Of a stretch of DNA of 64,000 bases, positions 26,455 through 35,934 are shown in pieces. The stretch spans positions 64,001 to 128,000 of the IMG/VR virus record IMGVR_UViG_3300037993_001242; one strand, written 5' to 3'. The notes below the pieces were generated by a model, which made no database searches, had not been told where the DNA came from, and saw only the letters and a list, made by a program, of their open reading frames with translations. Origin of the DNA: a virus. The position numbers and the translations under genes were made by a program. Every line of letters begins with the position of its first letter. Positions within the stretch are counted from its first letter, which is position 1.

Positions 26455-26998
26455 TTTCGCGCTGTCCATCAATCAAAGCCTGCCGTTCGTCAGCAAAATT
26501 ATTTTGTTCACGGAAAACGGCGCAACTTTTGACGGCCCAAAAATCGAGCACATCCCCTGCCCGAAGCGACCGACCTATTTTGAAATTTTTCAAGTAGCCA
26601 ACCGGTATTCAGACACTTGCGCGGTCATCAACACCGACATCCACTTTTTGCCTGAAACGGAGGAATGTCTGAAACGTTTCGACCTGAATATCCACGTCCT
26701 TTGCCTTTCGCGGTGGGATGCGCAGCGCGACGGCTCGCTCGTGCCGTTTACCACCGGCGGCTCGTACGACACCTACATTTTCAAAAGCCCGCTGCCCATC
26801 AGAGAGCAGTTCAGCAACCACACCGCCGGTATTCCGGGATGCGACGCCAAGCTCTGCTTCGCCATGAATCAAATTCGTTCCGCGCTCAATCCTGCCATGA
26901 CGGTGGTCACTGTCCATGTTCACATGAGCGGCATCCGCAATCTCGACTGCAACACCCGTCTCTTTGGAAACTATCACGTTGTCCCGGTTTCCAAATGA
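26396..26998 (+). CDS. Glycosyltransferase-like (GT-A) protein
   Basis: Start MIILCEYW; VINTDIHF DxD-like motif; LSRWD. Confidence 0.6.
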   Translation: MIILCEYWKDKNAERQKELDFALSINQSLPFVSKIILFTENGATFDGPKIEHIPCPKRPTYFEIFQVANRYSDTCAVINTDIHFLPETEECLKRFDLNIHVLCLSRWDAQRDGSLVPFTTGGSYDTYIFKSPLPIREQFSNHTAGIPGCDAKLCFAMNQIRSALNPAMTVVTVHVHMSGIRNLDCNTRLFGNYHVVPVSK

Positions 26999-27774
26999 AC
27001 TACGACTATTTTAACAACTGGCATCTTGGCGACTGCCTGTGGCAATGCGTGTTCCTGCGCAAAGCCGCGACGGCGCATCCCGATCACAGTTTTACTTTTT
27101 ACTGCCGGGCCGATTACCTCAATCAGCTACAGGAAGTCATCGCCGATCTACCCAACGTCACACTTAAACCACTGGAGCAAAAGACACCGGGCGCTATTGA
27201 CTGCTGGATGGGCACTGGAGCCTACAACGGCAAGCAGTACTGGCACAATCATCCGCAGCGGAACGATGTCGTTTTCTTTTTCATCGACTGGTTCAACCGC
27301 CTGTGCGAGCAATCCAAAATAGAGCCGCTCTTTCGTGACCGAACGGACTGTCTTTTCGAGTATCCGGCGCTCCACAGCATCAATGCCCCGACCCCGGACT
27401 TTGATTATCTGGTCATCAATTCCGCACCCCTGAGCGGCCAATTTAACTGGAACCCGACCGCCATGAACCATCTGATCCAGCGGCTGTCGCAAAAACAACG
27501 CGTCATCACAACCAACGCCTCCGCTGTAACCCATTTATTCTGCACGGAAAAACAAGGCATGACGGTGACACAGATTGGCAACATTTCTTTGCGCGCCAAA
27601 GGCATTGTGATGGTGGCCAACGGCCCTTGCTGGCCCACTTACAATGTCCAGAATTTATCCAAACCACGCGTCGTTTTGCTAAATCAGGTAAAAATTGATT
27701 ATGGCGCTCCCAATCCACACTTCAACAGTACGGAAGCGGCTGAAGCATATCTTCAACAACAAGGACTGCTATGA
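26995..27774 (+). CDS. GT9/GT-B-like glycosyltransferase
   Basis: Start MNYDYF; HLGDCL near N-terminus; VMVANGP. Confidence 0.55.
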   Translation: MNYDYFNNWHLGDCLWQCVFLRKAATAHPDHSFTFYCRADYLNQLQEVIADLPNVTLKPLEQKTPGAIDCWMGTGAYNGKQYWHNHPQRNDVVFFFIDWFNRLCEQSKIEPLFRDRTDCLFEYPALHSINAPTPDFDYLVINSAPLSGQFNWNPTAMNHLIQRLSQKQRVITTNASAVTHLFCTEKQGMTVTQIGNISLRAKGIVMVANGPCWPTYNVQNLSKPRVVLLNQVKIDYGAPNPHFNSTEAAEAYLQQQGLL

Positions 27775-28307
27775 CCTATAAAGACGAACTTTGCCGAGCG
27801 ATGAAACACCTTTCAGCCCAACCTAAGATGCGTTTCATCGGCTACAATGTACGTTACAGCCACCGGGCGGAAGGAACCTTGGTTGATATTCCAGAGCAGC
27901 AATTGATCGAAACGCCGGTGGCCGAGAATTTGATCATTGGACTGGCAACCGGCTACGCCCTGCAAAATTTTACCGTCATGGCTTACATCGAGCGCTTCGA
28001 TTTTGTCCTTAACGCGCTTGATGCCCTGATCAATCACCTGTCCAAAATCAAAAGCATGTCGGGCGGCCAATTCAATCCGAACATCCTCATTCGCACCCTC
28101 GTTGGAAATAGAAAATATCCGCTTTTTAGCGGCATGACGCACACACAGGATTTTTCAGAACCTCTTAGCCAGATGTTAAGATTTCCTGTTGTTCAGCTTC
28201 ATACGCCCGATGCGGTATTTAGGGAATATGCCCGCGCTATCGATGAATTGCAGGAGCATTCAACGCTATTGGTCGAATATCGCGACAATTATACACTCGA
28301 ATGTTAA
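27771..28307 (+). CDS. TPP-dependent E1 beta/transketolase pyrimidine-binding subunit
   Basis: ETPVAENLIIGLATGYAL...RFDFVLNALDALIN. Confidence 0.88.
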   Translation: MTYKDELCRAMKHLSAQPKMRFIGYNVRYSHRAEGTLVDIPEQQLIETPVAENLIIGLATGYALQNFTVMAYIERFDFVLNALDALINHLSKIKSMSGGQFNPNILIRTLVGNRKYPLFSGMTHTQDFSEPLSQMLRFPVVQLHTPDAVFREYARAIDELQEHSTLLVEYRDNYTLEC

Positions 28308-30424
28308 CCAACAAGTACAGCGACCTGAAGATCGTCGGGTTTCCCGACAAACTTCAATCTTTTCGTGATGGGACGATCACGGCTCCCATCTACGTGCGCT
28401 TAAAGCCGATAAATCGTTGCAATCACGATTGTTTTTTCTGCCTCGTTGCGGGCACTCGTGTAGTTACAGAAAATGGTGAAAGTGCAATCGAAAACATTAA
28501 AACTGGCGACCGCGTATTCGCGCCTGATGGAAGCCTGAACACAGTAACCGCCGTAAGCAAACGCCTTGTACATGAAACAGTTATCCTCAAATGCGGCAGT
28601 TATTCCATCGAAGCTTCTCCTGAACACCCGCTACTCACGCTGGAAAGCTGGAAGGCTGCTGGTGAATTTCACAAAGGGGATACCGCCTTTGTGCGCGTGC
28701 GGATGCGGACAAATAGTGAAAGCACACCGCCAAACGTGGAATCTTTACGTGGTAAAACACCAACCAAGAATGGCAGCTTCCGAGGAACATTACCGGCGCA
28801 TATCAAAATTGATGACAGCCAACAACCCAATGAAACGCCCAGAAGTAGCCCAAAAAATGGCGTTATCACGCAGAGGCGTAAAAACAAAATTCAGCCCAGC
28901 ACACCGCGAATTTTTATCAAAAACAGCCCGCCAACGAATGTTGTCCGACAAAAATCCAATGAAAAATCCAAAAATAGCTCAAAAAGCTTTTCGGAATCGA
29001 GTGCAGCGACCAACATCGTTGCACGAATCCGCCTTCAAAGACTGGCTGGAAGCAAACAACTTTCCAATTCAGCACACGGGCAACAATTTCATGTGGATCA
29101 ATCGAAGGAACCCGGATTTCAGAGTAACTGGACAGAAAAAAGCAATCGAATTAACACAAGGCCAGTGCTTCAACAATCATCGTATATTGCGAACAATGGA
29201 GAATTATGCCAGACCAACAATTCAACATTACCAAGCCAGCAAATGGCAATGTCTTGTGATATTCTTAAAAAAGAACACCGAACCTTGTCTACAACTGAAA
29301 AACGCGCTGATAAATTTTATGCTGCCGGAATGCAACTGGAGCGGGGTCTGGAACTACGACAAATTGATTCTGTTCGGAAAATTGCAAAAACTAAATTAGT
29401 CTATAACTTTTCTTGCAGCCCTATTGAAGCTTACGAAGCCAACGGATTTGTGGTTCATAACTGTGTATACGCACAAAGCAACCGCAAAGAAATTCCCGCC
29501 ACCGAAGACGGTCTGGATCACATTATATCCAAAATGCACGAGGACATGAATGAAGCCGACGTGATCCCAACCGACAAAATGCTGGAAGTGCTCGATGACT
29601 TCAAAGAAATCGGCGTGCGCGCCGTGACCTACTCCGGCGGCGGCGAACCGCTGATGCACCGTGACATCGTTCTTTTTATGGAGCGCACCCTGCAATACGG
29701 CATCGATCTTTCGATCATCACCAACGGTCAGTTGTTGCGCGGACGGCGGGCCGAGGTTCTGGCAGCGGCAAAATGGGTTCGCGTCAGCGTCGATTACACC
29801 ACCGCCGGACAGATGGCCTTGTCCCGCCGCGTACCCGAACGCCTTTTTGACGAAGTGCTTGATAATATCCGGCAGTTTGCAAAAATCAAACAACCGGCCT
29901 GCGACCTTGGCGTCAATTACATCATCCACCGCCAAAATTATCACGGGTTGGTGCCTTTCACCAAAGCGCTCAAAGACTGCGGCGTCACCAACGTCCGTTT
30001 CAGCCCCATGTGGATGCCTGATTTCATCAACTACCATGCACCCATTAAAGACGAGGTTGGTGCCCAGTTGCGTGAAGCCCAAAAGCTTGTGGATCATGCG
30101 TTCACGGTCAATTCAACCTTCGATCTCGGCAGCAGCGCGCATCTGCCAAATCGAAGCTATACCCGCTGTTTTTTCATGCAGATGGTGCCCGTGATCGGTG
30201 CAGACCAGAAAGTATACGCCTGCCACAACAAAGCCTACGACCATACTGGATGCCTCGGCTCCATCGCAGACAAACGTTTCAAAGACCTTTGGTTCAGCAA
30301 TGAAACCAAGCGCTTTTTTGAAACACTGAATCCGATGGAGACTTGTCGCCATCAGTGCGCCAACGACTCCAAAAACCGCAACATCCTTAACCTGATAGAC
30401 GCGCACATTGATAATTTCGTATGA
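28301..30424 (+). CDS. Radical SAM/SPASM protein, intein-containing
   Basis: CNHDCFF-[intein]-C, YSGGGEP, ITNG, C-terminal YACH...CRHQC. Confidence 0.92.
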   Translation: MLTNKYSDLKIVGFPDKLQSFRDGTITAPIYVRLKPINRCNHDCFFCLVAGTRVVTENGESAIENIKTGDRVFAPDGSLNTVTAVSKRLVHETVILKCGSYSIEASPEHPLLTLESWKAAGEFHKGDTAFVRVRMRTNSESTPPNVESLRGKTPTKNGSFRGTLPAHIKIDDSQQPNETPRSSPKNGVITQRRKNKIQPSTPRIFIKNSPPTNVVRQKSNEKSKNSSKSFSESSAATNIVARIRLQRLAGSKQLSNSAHGQQFHVDQSKEPGFQSNWTEKSNRINTRPVLQQSSYIANNGELCQTNNSTLPSQQMAMSCDILKKEHRTLSTTEKRADKFYAAGMQLERGLELRQIDSVRKIAKTKLVYNFSCSPIEAYEANGFVVHNCVYAQSNRKEIPATEDGLDHIISKMHEDMNEADVIPTDKMLEVLDDFKEIGVRAVTYSGGGEPLMHRDIVLFMERTLQYGIDLSIITNGQLLRGRRAEVLAAAKWVRVSVDYTTAGQMALSRRVPERLFDEVLDNIRQFAKIKQPACDLGVNYIIHRQNYHGLVPFTKALKDCGVTNVRFSPMWMPDFINYHAPIKDEVGAQLREAQKLVDHAFTVNSTFDLGSSAHLPNRSYTRCFFMQMVPVIGADQKVYACHNKAYDHTGCLGSIADKRFKDLWFSNETKRFFETLNPMETCRHQCANDSKNRNILNLIDAHIDNFV
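28439..29461 (+). mobile_element. Intein (341 aa) splitting the CX3CX2C motif
   Basis: Starts CLVAGTRV, has block B ASPEHPLLT, ends VYNFS...FVVHN followed by Cys. Confidence 0.93.
28662..29399 (+). CDS. Putative homing endonuclease nested in the +1 frame of the intein
   Basis: LCACGCG, NPMK repeats (NUMOD3-like), PTSLHE, NPDFRV..KKAIEL (PD-(D/E)xK/Vsr-like). Confidence 0.8.
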   Translation: MNFTKGIPPLCACGCGQIVKAHRQTWNLYVVKHQPRMAASEEHYRRISKLMTANNPMKRPEVAQKMALSRRGVKTKFSPAHREFLSKTARQRMLSDKNPMKNPKIAQKAFRNRVQRPTSLHESAFKDWLEANNFPIQHTGNNFMWINRRNPDFRVTGQKKAIELTQGQCFNNHRILRTMENYARPTIQHYQASKWQCLVIFLKKNTEPCLQLKNALINFMLPECNWSGVWNYDKLILFGKLQKLN

Positions 30425-31161
30425 GCAACGCACATCCCAGCACCCATATTCCCAATATCCGTCGTCTTGAAATCCACATCACGTATCGGTGCAACCTGCG
30501 CTGTACCCACTGTTCAAACAACATCTCGCAAGCTCCCAGTCAGGAGATCATGCCCGCCGAACGAATCGAAAACCTGCTCAATGAGTCGGCGCGGCTAAAC
30601 TGGCTGTGGGACTGGCTGGTCTTGCACGGCGGCGAACCCACACTGCATCCAGAGTTTGAGCGCATCTGTGCCCTGCTGGCCGATTACAAAAAGCGCTCAA
30701 ATCCCGCCGTGAATCTGTTTGTATGCACCAACGGTCACGGCGAGTTCGTGCGCAAGCAGCTTGCCGTAACGCAACAATACGGCATTACAAACTGCAACAG
30801 CGACAAAAACGGCAGTCCACTCATAGTGTACCACGTTCCGCTTAGCGTCAGTCCTGAAGACTGCGGCGAGGACTACTACCTCGGATGCTTTCAAACCAGC
30901 CGCTGCGGCATATCCTATACCAACAGCGGATTTTACGAATGCTCCCCCGCCGGAGCTTCGGAACGTCTTTTCGGTTATCCACCGCTGGTCGCGGAACTCA
31001 AAGACTTAACCGCAGAAAAATTAGCCGAAGGTTTTAAAGTTCATTGCAAGCACTGCGGATATTCCAGACTGCAATTGATACCCCATCCCGACGCACCCAT
31101 GAGCAAAACTTGGCTCGAAGCCATCGAACGATACAAAAACCGACATGAAACAGCGCACTAA
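30421..31161 (+). CDS. Radical SAM protein
   Basis: CNLRCTHC, LHGGEPTLH, CTNG. Confidence 0.9.
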   Translation: MSNAHPSTHIPNIRRLEIHITYRCNLRCTHCSNNISQAPSQEIMPAERIENLLNESARLNWLWDWLVLHGGEPTLHPEFERICALLADYKKRSNPAVNLFVCTNGHGEFVRKQLAVTQQYGITNCNSDKNGSPLIVYHVPLSVSPEDCGEDYYLGCFQTSRCGISYTNSGFYECSPAGASERLFGYPPLVAELKDLTAEKLAEGFKVHCKHCGYSRLQLIPHPDAPMSKTWLEAIERYKNRHETAH

Positions 31162-31795
31162 AGAGCAACTCATTGCGTTTGAAAAGCATATCCAAGACCT
31201 CTTTGAGAACGGCCAGCTACCTTTTAAAATTCATCTGGCTGGGGGCAACGAGGAACAGTTGATCGAGCTTTTCGGGCACATTCAAAGCGATGACTGGATT
31301 TTTTCCAATCACCGATCCCATTACCACTACTTGCTGGCGGGTGGAACCGAAGAAAAACTCGAAAAGATGATTCGAGCAGGCGACAGCATGTTTGTCTTCG
31401 ACCGAAGCGTAAACTTCCTGACCTCCTCGGTTCTGGCAGGCTCTTCTTGCATCGCGGCGGGCGTGGCTGCCGCGATCAAGGAACAAAACGGCAAGAACCA
31501 CGTCTGGTGCTTTATCGGCGACGGCGGAGAAGATGAAGGCCATTTTTACGAAGCCGTGCGCTACGTTGATGGCCATGATCTTCCGTGTACTTTCGTAATC
31601 GAGGACAACGACCGCAGTTGCGACGCCACCAAATTACAACGGCGAGGGCACTCGGAAATCACATGGCCACGATGCGTCTGGCGTTACCACTACGTAGCCA
31701 CCTTTCCACACGGCGGCACCGGCTGCAAACAATGGATAAAATTTGATCCCGAAATTTTAAAAGCGCAAGAAACCGCGAACAAGCATCAACTATGA
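31145..31795 (+). CDS. TPP-dependent E1 alpha-like subunit
   Basis: HLAGGNE, SNHRSH, TPP motif GDGGEDEG...EDN. Confidence 0.9.
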   Translation: MKQRTKEQLIAFEKHIQDLFENGQLPFKIHLAGGNEEQLIELFGHIQSDDWIFSNHRSHYHYLLAGGTEEKLEKMIRAGDSMFVFDRSVNFLTSSVLAGSSCIAAGVAAAIKEQNGKNHVWCFIGDGGEDEGHFYEAVRYVDGHDLPCTFVIEDNDRSCDATKLQRRGHSEITWPRCVWRYHYVATFPHGGTGCKQWIKFDPEILKAQETANKHQL

Positions 31796-32574
31796 ATACC
31801 GCAGAAATTCAGATAGAAATCGGCAAATATAAATGGTACCACTGTATCGAGGTTGGCGGTTGTATGACGCCGGGCATCGAAGGATTCATGCCTGTGTGTC
31901 ACTGGGCGCTCAATCTGCTCAAGAAGTATGACCTGAATGGCAAAAACGTGCTCGACGTTGGAGCGCGGGACTGCTTTTTCAGCCTGAATATCGAGCGCAT
32001 GGGAGCCGCCGAAATTGACGCTATCGATAATGATTTATCCGCCGGGGCCAAAAACTTCCTGCTGCCCTTTTTCAATTCCAAGACCAATCTCCAGCACCTA
32101 AGCTTATACGACTTGCCGGGCAGCAAACTTTACGACGCCATCGTCTTCTTTGGCGTGCTCTACCACCTGCGCTATCCGTTCCGTGGCCTGCGCACCTTGG
32201 TTGACAATCTAAAGATTGGCGGCACGCTTTTTATCGAAGGTGGATTTCTTTCCGAACCTTCGCTTCAACACCTTGAACTGCTGCATTGCCCGGTCGACAC
32301 CAGCCCGTATGATCCTTCATCCTGCACCTTTTTCAATCCGTTGGCGCTCGACACCACCCTGCGGCACATGGGCTGTGAAAAAATCGAAGGAATGCAGTGG
32401 TATGGAGCCGGACATCCGGTTGACCGAGGATTCGCCGTTTACCGCAAAGTCCGGGATCAATACTACGATTACTGGGAACCCGGCGGGAAACACACTTATC
32501 ACACTCGCGCTGCCCACAGCCGGGAAGATTTTCAGCCGACGACGGCAGCACCTTATAAATCCGCCGCCAGTTAA
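31792..32574 (+). CDS. Class I SAM methyltransferase (CmoB/DUF1698-like)
   Basis: WYHCIEV, VLDVGARD, FFGVLYHLRYP. Confidence 0.88.
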   Translation: MNTAEIQIEIGKYKWYHCIEVGGCMTPGIEGFMPVCHWALNLLKKYDLNGKNVLDVGARDCFFSLNIERMGAAEIDAIDNDLSAGAKNFLLPFFNSKTNLQHLSLYDLPGSKLYDAIVFFGVLYHLRYPFRGLRTLVDNLKIGGTLFIEGGFLSEPSLQHLELLHCPVDTSPYDPSSCTFFNPLALDTTLRHMGCEKIEGMQWYGAGHPVDRGFAVYRKVRDQYYDYWEPGGKHTYHTRAAHSREDFQPTTAAPYKSAAS

Positions 32575-32577
32575 AAA

Positions 32578-34920
32578 TCAATCTGTGTTGTTGTTGAGCA
32601 CAATGTTGCCCAACTGAAGCAACTCGAAATCCGCTGCCGTGATCATGTTGGCGGCGTTGGCGGGAGTGTCCAAAGCCACCCGTGTTACGTAATCCACGCT
32701 GGTCACCGCTTCCACCACGTCCGTAATACTGACGTTGGATGCCAGCACACCCGGCGCTCTGGCCGCGTAGACCGTGCCACCAATAGCCAAGCCATTACTC
32801 CACGCCCGCAAGGCCGCCCGAATCTGTTGGCGTTCCGTAGCCGTGTTGTCACCCGTATAGCCAATGTATACATTGACCACGCGCAGGGCCGAATAGCCCT
32901 GAGCCGTTATCAACTGCATCGTCAAATCGCCCGGCGCGCCGATCAACCACAGCGTGACCTGCCCCGTCAACAAGTTGACCACCGACGGGAAATTGTCGTC
33001 TGTCGTAATGTTCGTACCGAAAACGCGGGCCTGACCGGAAGCCACATACGGCACCACGGTCAATTGATTGGTGCCCAAAAACAACTCGAAGGCCCATGCT
33101 TGCAGCGGGAAAATCGGCAACTGCGCCGTGTACGGGCTGACCTGATTGCCGGACACGTCAGTATCCGGGTTGCCTGCTCCGTTGCGCATGATGTCGTAGA
33201 CGAAAGTATCCTGCGGCGGAGTAAACAGCGTCGTACTATTGGGCGCGATCAAATCCGACAGCGGCGTGGCCACGTTGAACGTCGACAGGCCAAAAACACC
33301 TTCCAGTGTCAGCATCAAATCGGAAAAAAGTAGCGTCTGACCGGGCACCAGACTGTTGATGAAAGCGGTAATGGCGCTGATCACGTTTTGCTGAACGTCC
33401 GCAACGGTGGAACCGGTCGTAACCTCAAAGCGCAGGGCCACCGGCACCGGCTGGTTCACGCCGTCAAAAATTTCGACCAAGTCCGTTCCCACCGCCTTAG
33501 TTTGCAAATAATCCTGAAGGGACAACTTCAACTGCGGCGTCAAGTTGACCAGACCACCGCCGGTGCCTGTCGTCCACGCGTAAATCACAACGATGTTGCC
33601 TTCCAGAAACGAGTTTTCAGAGCGAACGGCAGCGCGGGCAAAAGCCACGGAACCGGCCAACGGGTTGTTGAACTGCGACGCAAGGGCTTGATAATCGGCC
33701 AGCGTGACCGCCCGGTCATTAGTGCGCGTGTAAAACGGAATGTTGAGGCGCGCCTGCTCCAGCGTCTCCGCGTCTTGACCGCCAATACCGGTGGACGAGG
33801 CGTTGGTGATGGCCACCGGCACCGGATTGGACAGGCTGGTGACCAACCCGGTGATCGTCGTATTGATCGTATTCAGCCCGATGTTGCCCGTCACGCCACC
33901 GCCTACCCGGTACACAACAGCAATAGCCGCTTCGACCGGGATAACCGCACCAAAAGTGCCGTCGCCAAAAACAATGGCCGAGTTGCCGGAAACGTACGTT
34001 GTCACCTGATAAACCGTATCGGTAGCACTCCTGAAGTCCGTGGGCTTGACCTGCGTCCAAAGTTCGCCGTTGACGGTAACTTGAACCGAGTTATCAATAA
34101 CCGGTGTGCGACTCAACTTGATGGCATAGCTGGGCGTTACCGTGGCAGGGGCCACGAACATGTCGGTGATGGTCTGTCCCTGAACCAACTGAATGCGCTG
34201 CTCGTAAACCTGCGCAGCGAGGGTGCCTGTGGTTCCAGCAAAAGCACGATCCAGCACCATCCGCGTAAAATTGCTCGCCGCGCCCGGCGCATTTTCCAAA
34301 CCCTGAATCGTGTAAATGTTGATCGTGTCGCCCACCAGATTGAACGACTGGCCGGAGCTAACAAACTGTGAAAGGTCAATGCTCGAATCAACCAAATCAA
34401 CGTTGACTGAACCATTTACGACGGAAACAAAGCTGTTAATAACTTTGGCTCCGTTGATCAGCGGCGAGAAGGTCACCACTAGACTGCGCGGCGTCAAATT
34501 CCCGGCCAGAATCGTGTAGTCTCGCGCCGCTTCAAATGGAAGTCCTGAACCATCGGACGTGCGGATCAGCGTTCCTTTGGCGATTACCGTATCGGCAGAC
34601 TGCGCCGAGGTCAAGATCGCCTCACAGGAAACCGTCGCGGGAAGCGGACTGTGCAAATTGTAGCCAACCAGACTGCCCAAACGCACGGCGGACTCCCGCA
34701 AGGTCATCGTGGAGACGAAGTTCTCGGCTCCAATCCGGTTCAGCAGGAATGCCAGCGTGGCCAACCCCCACGCCACGATGTCCACAAGGACAATGCCGAA
34801 GCTGTTGGCCAGAAAATCATTCCAGTTGCGCGGCCAGCGGTCGCGAATGCGCTGCAACAAGGCGTCCTTGTGCGCCTGATAATCAACCTTCAAATACCGC
34901 AGTGTGCTTTCGGTGGCCAT
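32578..34920 (-). CDS. Baseplate wedge protein (gp6/baseplate J-like)
   Basis: DYQAHKDAL..WNDF, YRVGGGVTGN, GGQDAETLE, RAVTLADY. Confidence 0.88.
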   Translation of the reverse strand: MATESTLRYLKVDYQAHKDALLQRIRDRWPRNWNDFLANSFGIVLVDIVAWGLATLAFLLNRIGAENFVSTMTLRESAVRLGSLVGYNLHSPLPATVSCEAILTSAQSADTVIAKGTLIRTSDGSGLPFEAARDYTILAGNLTPRSLVVTFSPLINGAKVINSFVSVVNGSVNVDLVDSSIDLSQFVSSGQSFNLVGDTINIYTIQGLENAPGAASNFTRMVLDRAFAGTTGTLAAQVYEQRIQLVQGQTITDMFVAPATVTPSYAIKLSRTPVIDNSVQVTVNGELWTQVKPTDFRSATDTVYQVTTYVSGNSAIVFGDGTFGAVIPVEAAIAVVYRVGGGVTGNIGLNTINTTITGLVTSLSNPVPVAITNASSTGIGGQDAETLEQARLNIPFYTRTNDRAVTLADYQALASQFNNPLAGSVAFARAAVRSENSFLEGNIVVIYAWTTGTGGGLVNLTPQLKLSLQDYLQTKAVGTDLVEIFDGVNQPVPVALRFEVTTGSTVADVQQNVISAITAFINSLVPGQTLLFSDLMLTLEGVFGLSTFNVATPLSDLIAPNSTTLFTPPQDTFVYDIMRNGAGNPDTDVSGNQVSPYTAQLPIFPLQAWAFELFLGTNQLTVVPYVASGQARVFGTNITTDDNFPSVVNLLTGQVTLWLIGAPGDLTMQLITAQGYSALRVVNVYIGYTGDNTATERQQIRAALRAWSNGLAIGGTVYAARAPGVLASNVSITDVVEAVTSVDYVTRVALDTPANAANMITAADFELLQLGNIVLNNNTD

Positions 34921-34921
34921 A

Positions 34922-35242
34922 TCAGAAATTGTAGTAATTCAACCGTTTCATTGCCCGGTATGCGTTTTTGGCACCAAGGGAACCGCGCCGCTCAATCGCC
35001 CGCTGAAGAATGGCCTGCGCGATGGACGCGTTGTCAAACGGAGACTGGCGGCGTTCACCCTGCAAGGTGCTAATGGTGCCATCCTTGACCAGTCGCTGAT
35101 AAAGCTCGCGGGCGTCACGGGTGATGTCATCGACTCCCTCGTCAAAATCGACGGTTTCCATGTACTGCGCAGCCACTGTGCGCGGATTAAATTCATCCGG
35201 GCCAGTTTCCAGCAAAGTGTCAACGACTACGCGGGCCGTCAT
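34922..35242 (-). CDS. Tagged hypothetical protein (ARVVVDTLLE-TGPDEFNP)
   Basis: GTAGTTA-N4-ATG. Confidence 0.75.
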   Translation of the reverse strand: MTARVVVDTLLETGPDEFNPRTVAAQYMETVDFDEGVDDITRDARELYQRLVKDGTISTLQGERRQSPFDNASIAQAILQRAIERRGSLGAKNAYRAMKRLNYYNF

Positions 35243-35249
35243 GCTCTAA

Positions 35250-35486
35250 CTACGCCCGTTGTAGCTGGAGCAGATCGATCAACAGATTGGACATTTCATC
35301 GGATGCCCGCTCGGCGTCTTCCTTGTAAATCGTACCCAAACGCTCGCTCAAATCCTGCAAACCAAACAACGTCCGCTCAGCGGCCTCCAGTTGAGCCAGT
35401 TGATGCGGGGAAAATAAGTTGTGCTTCCAGCGCAGCAAACTGCGGATGGCCATCGCCTGTTCATTCAGCGTGATTTGATTTTCCAT
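35250..35486 (-). CDS. Hypothetical protein
   Basis: MENQITLNEQ..., helical. Confidence 0.55.
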   Translation of the reverse strand: MENQITLNEQAMAIRSLLRWKHNLFSPHQLAQLEAAERTLFGLQDLSERLGTIYKEDAERASDEMSNLLIDLLQLQRA

Positions 35487-35502
35487 GCCCATCAGAACAG
35501 AT

Positions 35503-35910
35503 TTACAACACAAATATACGACTGGAGCCGTTGTCCCACGCGATGGTGATCGGGTTGCCATTGGGCTGGAGCGGCAATCCGGCGACCGCCTTATCCAAAT
35601 AGGCAACCAGCGGTGAGTTGATGTCCGTACCCGTGTCGGAACACAAGACCACGGCGTTTACGACGCTGCCATACACGGTGCCAAAAGTCACGTCGTTGGC
35701 ATCCGCAACACCCAAGGAAGCCGTCCGGTTGGCCAGTGTGCCAGACACGGCAATGCGGGCGGCCAAGGGCACATCCGCCAACGTGGCATGGGCGGCAGAG
35801 TACGTGTAATCCGCCGTTCCCACCAGAACACAGACGATGGGATCGGTCAGCCAATTCAGCGTATTGCTGAGAAATCCTTCTTTTGCTGCTGGATAAATTG
35901 CGTCTGACAC
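35503..35910 (-). CDS. Probable virion structural protein
   Basis: AIYPAAKEGFL...LGVADANDVTF...PNGNPITIAW pattern; GTAGTTA-N4-GTG. Confidence 0.75.
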   Translation of the reverse strand: MSDAIYPAAKEGFLSNTLNWLTDPIVCVLVGTADYTYSAAHATLADVPLAARIAVSGTLANRTASLGVADANDVTFGTVYGSVVNAVVLCSDTGTDINSPLVAYLDKAVAGLPLQPNGNPITIAWDNGSSRIFVL

Positions 35911-35934
35911 AACTTAACTACGAATACGTTCTTT

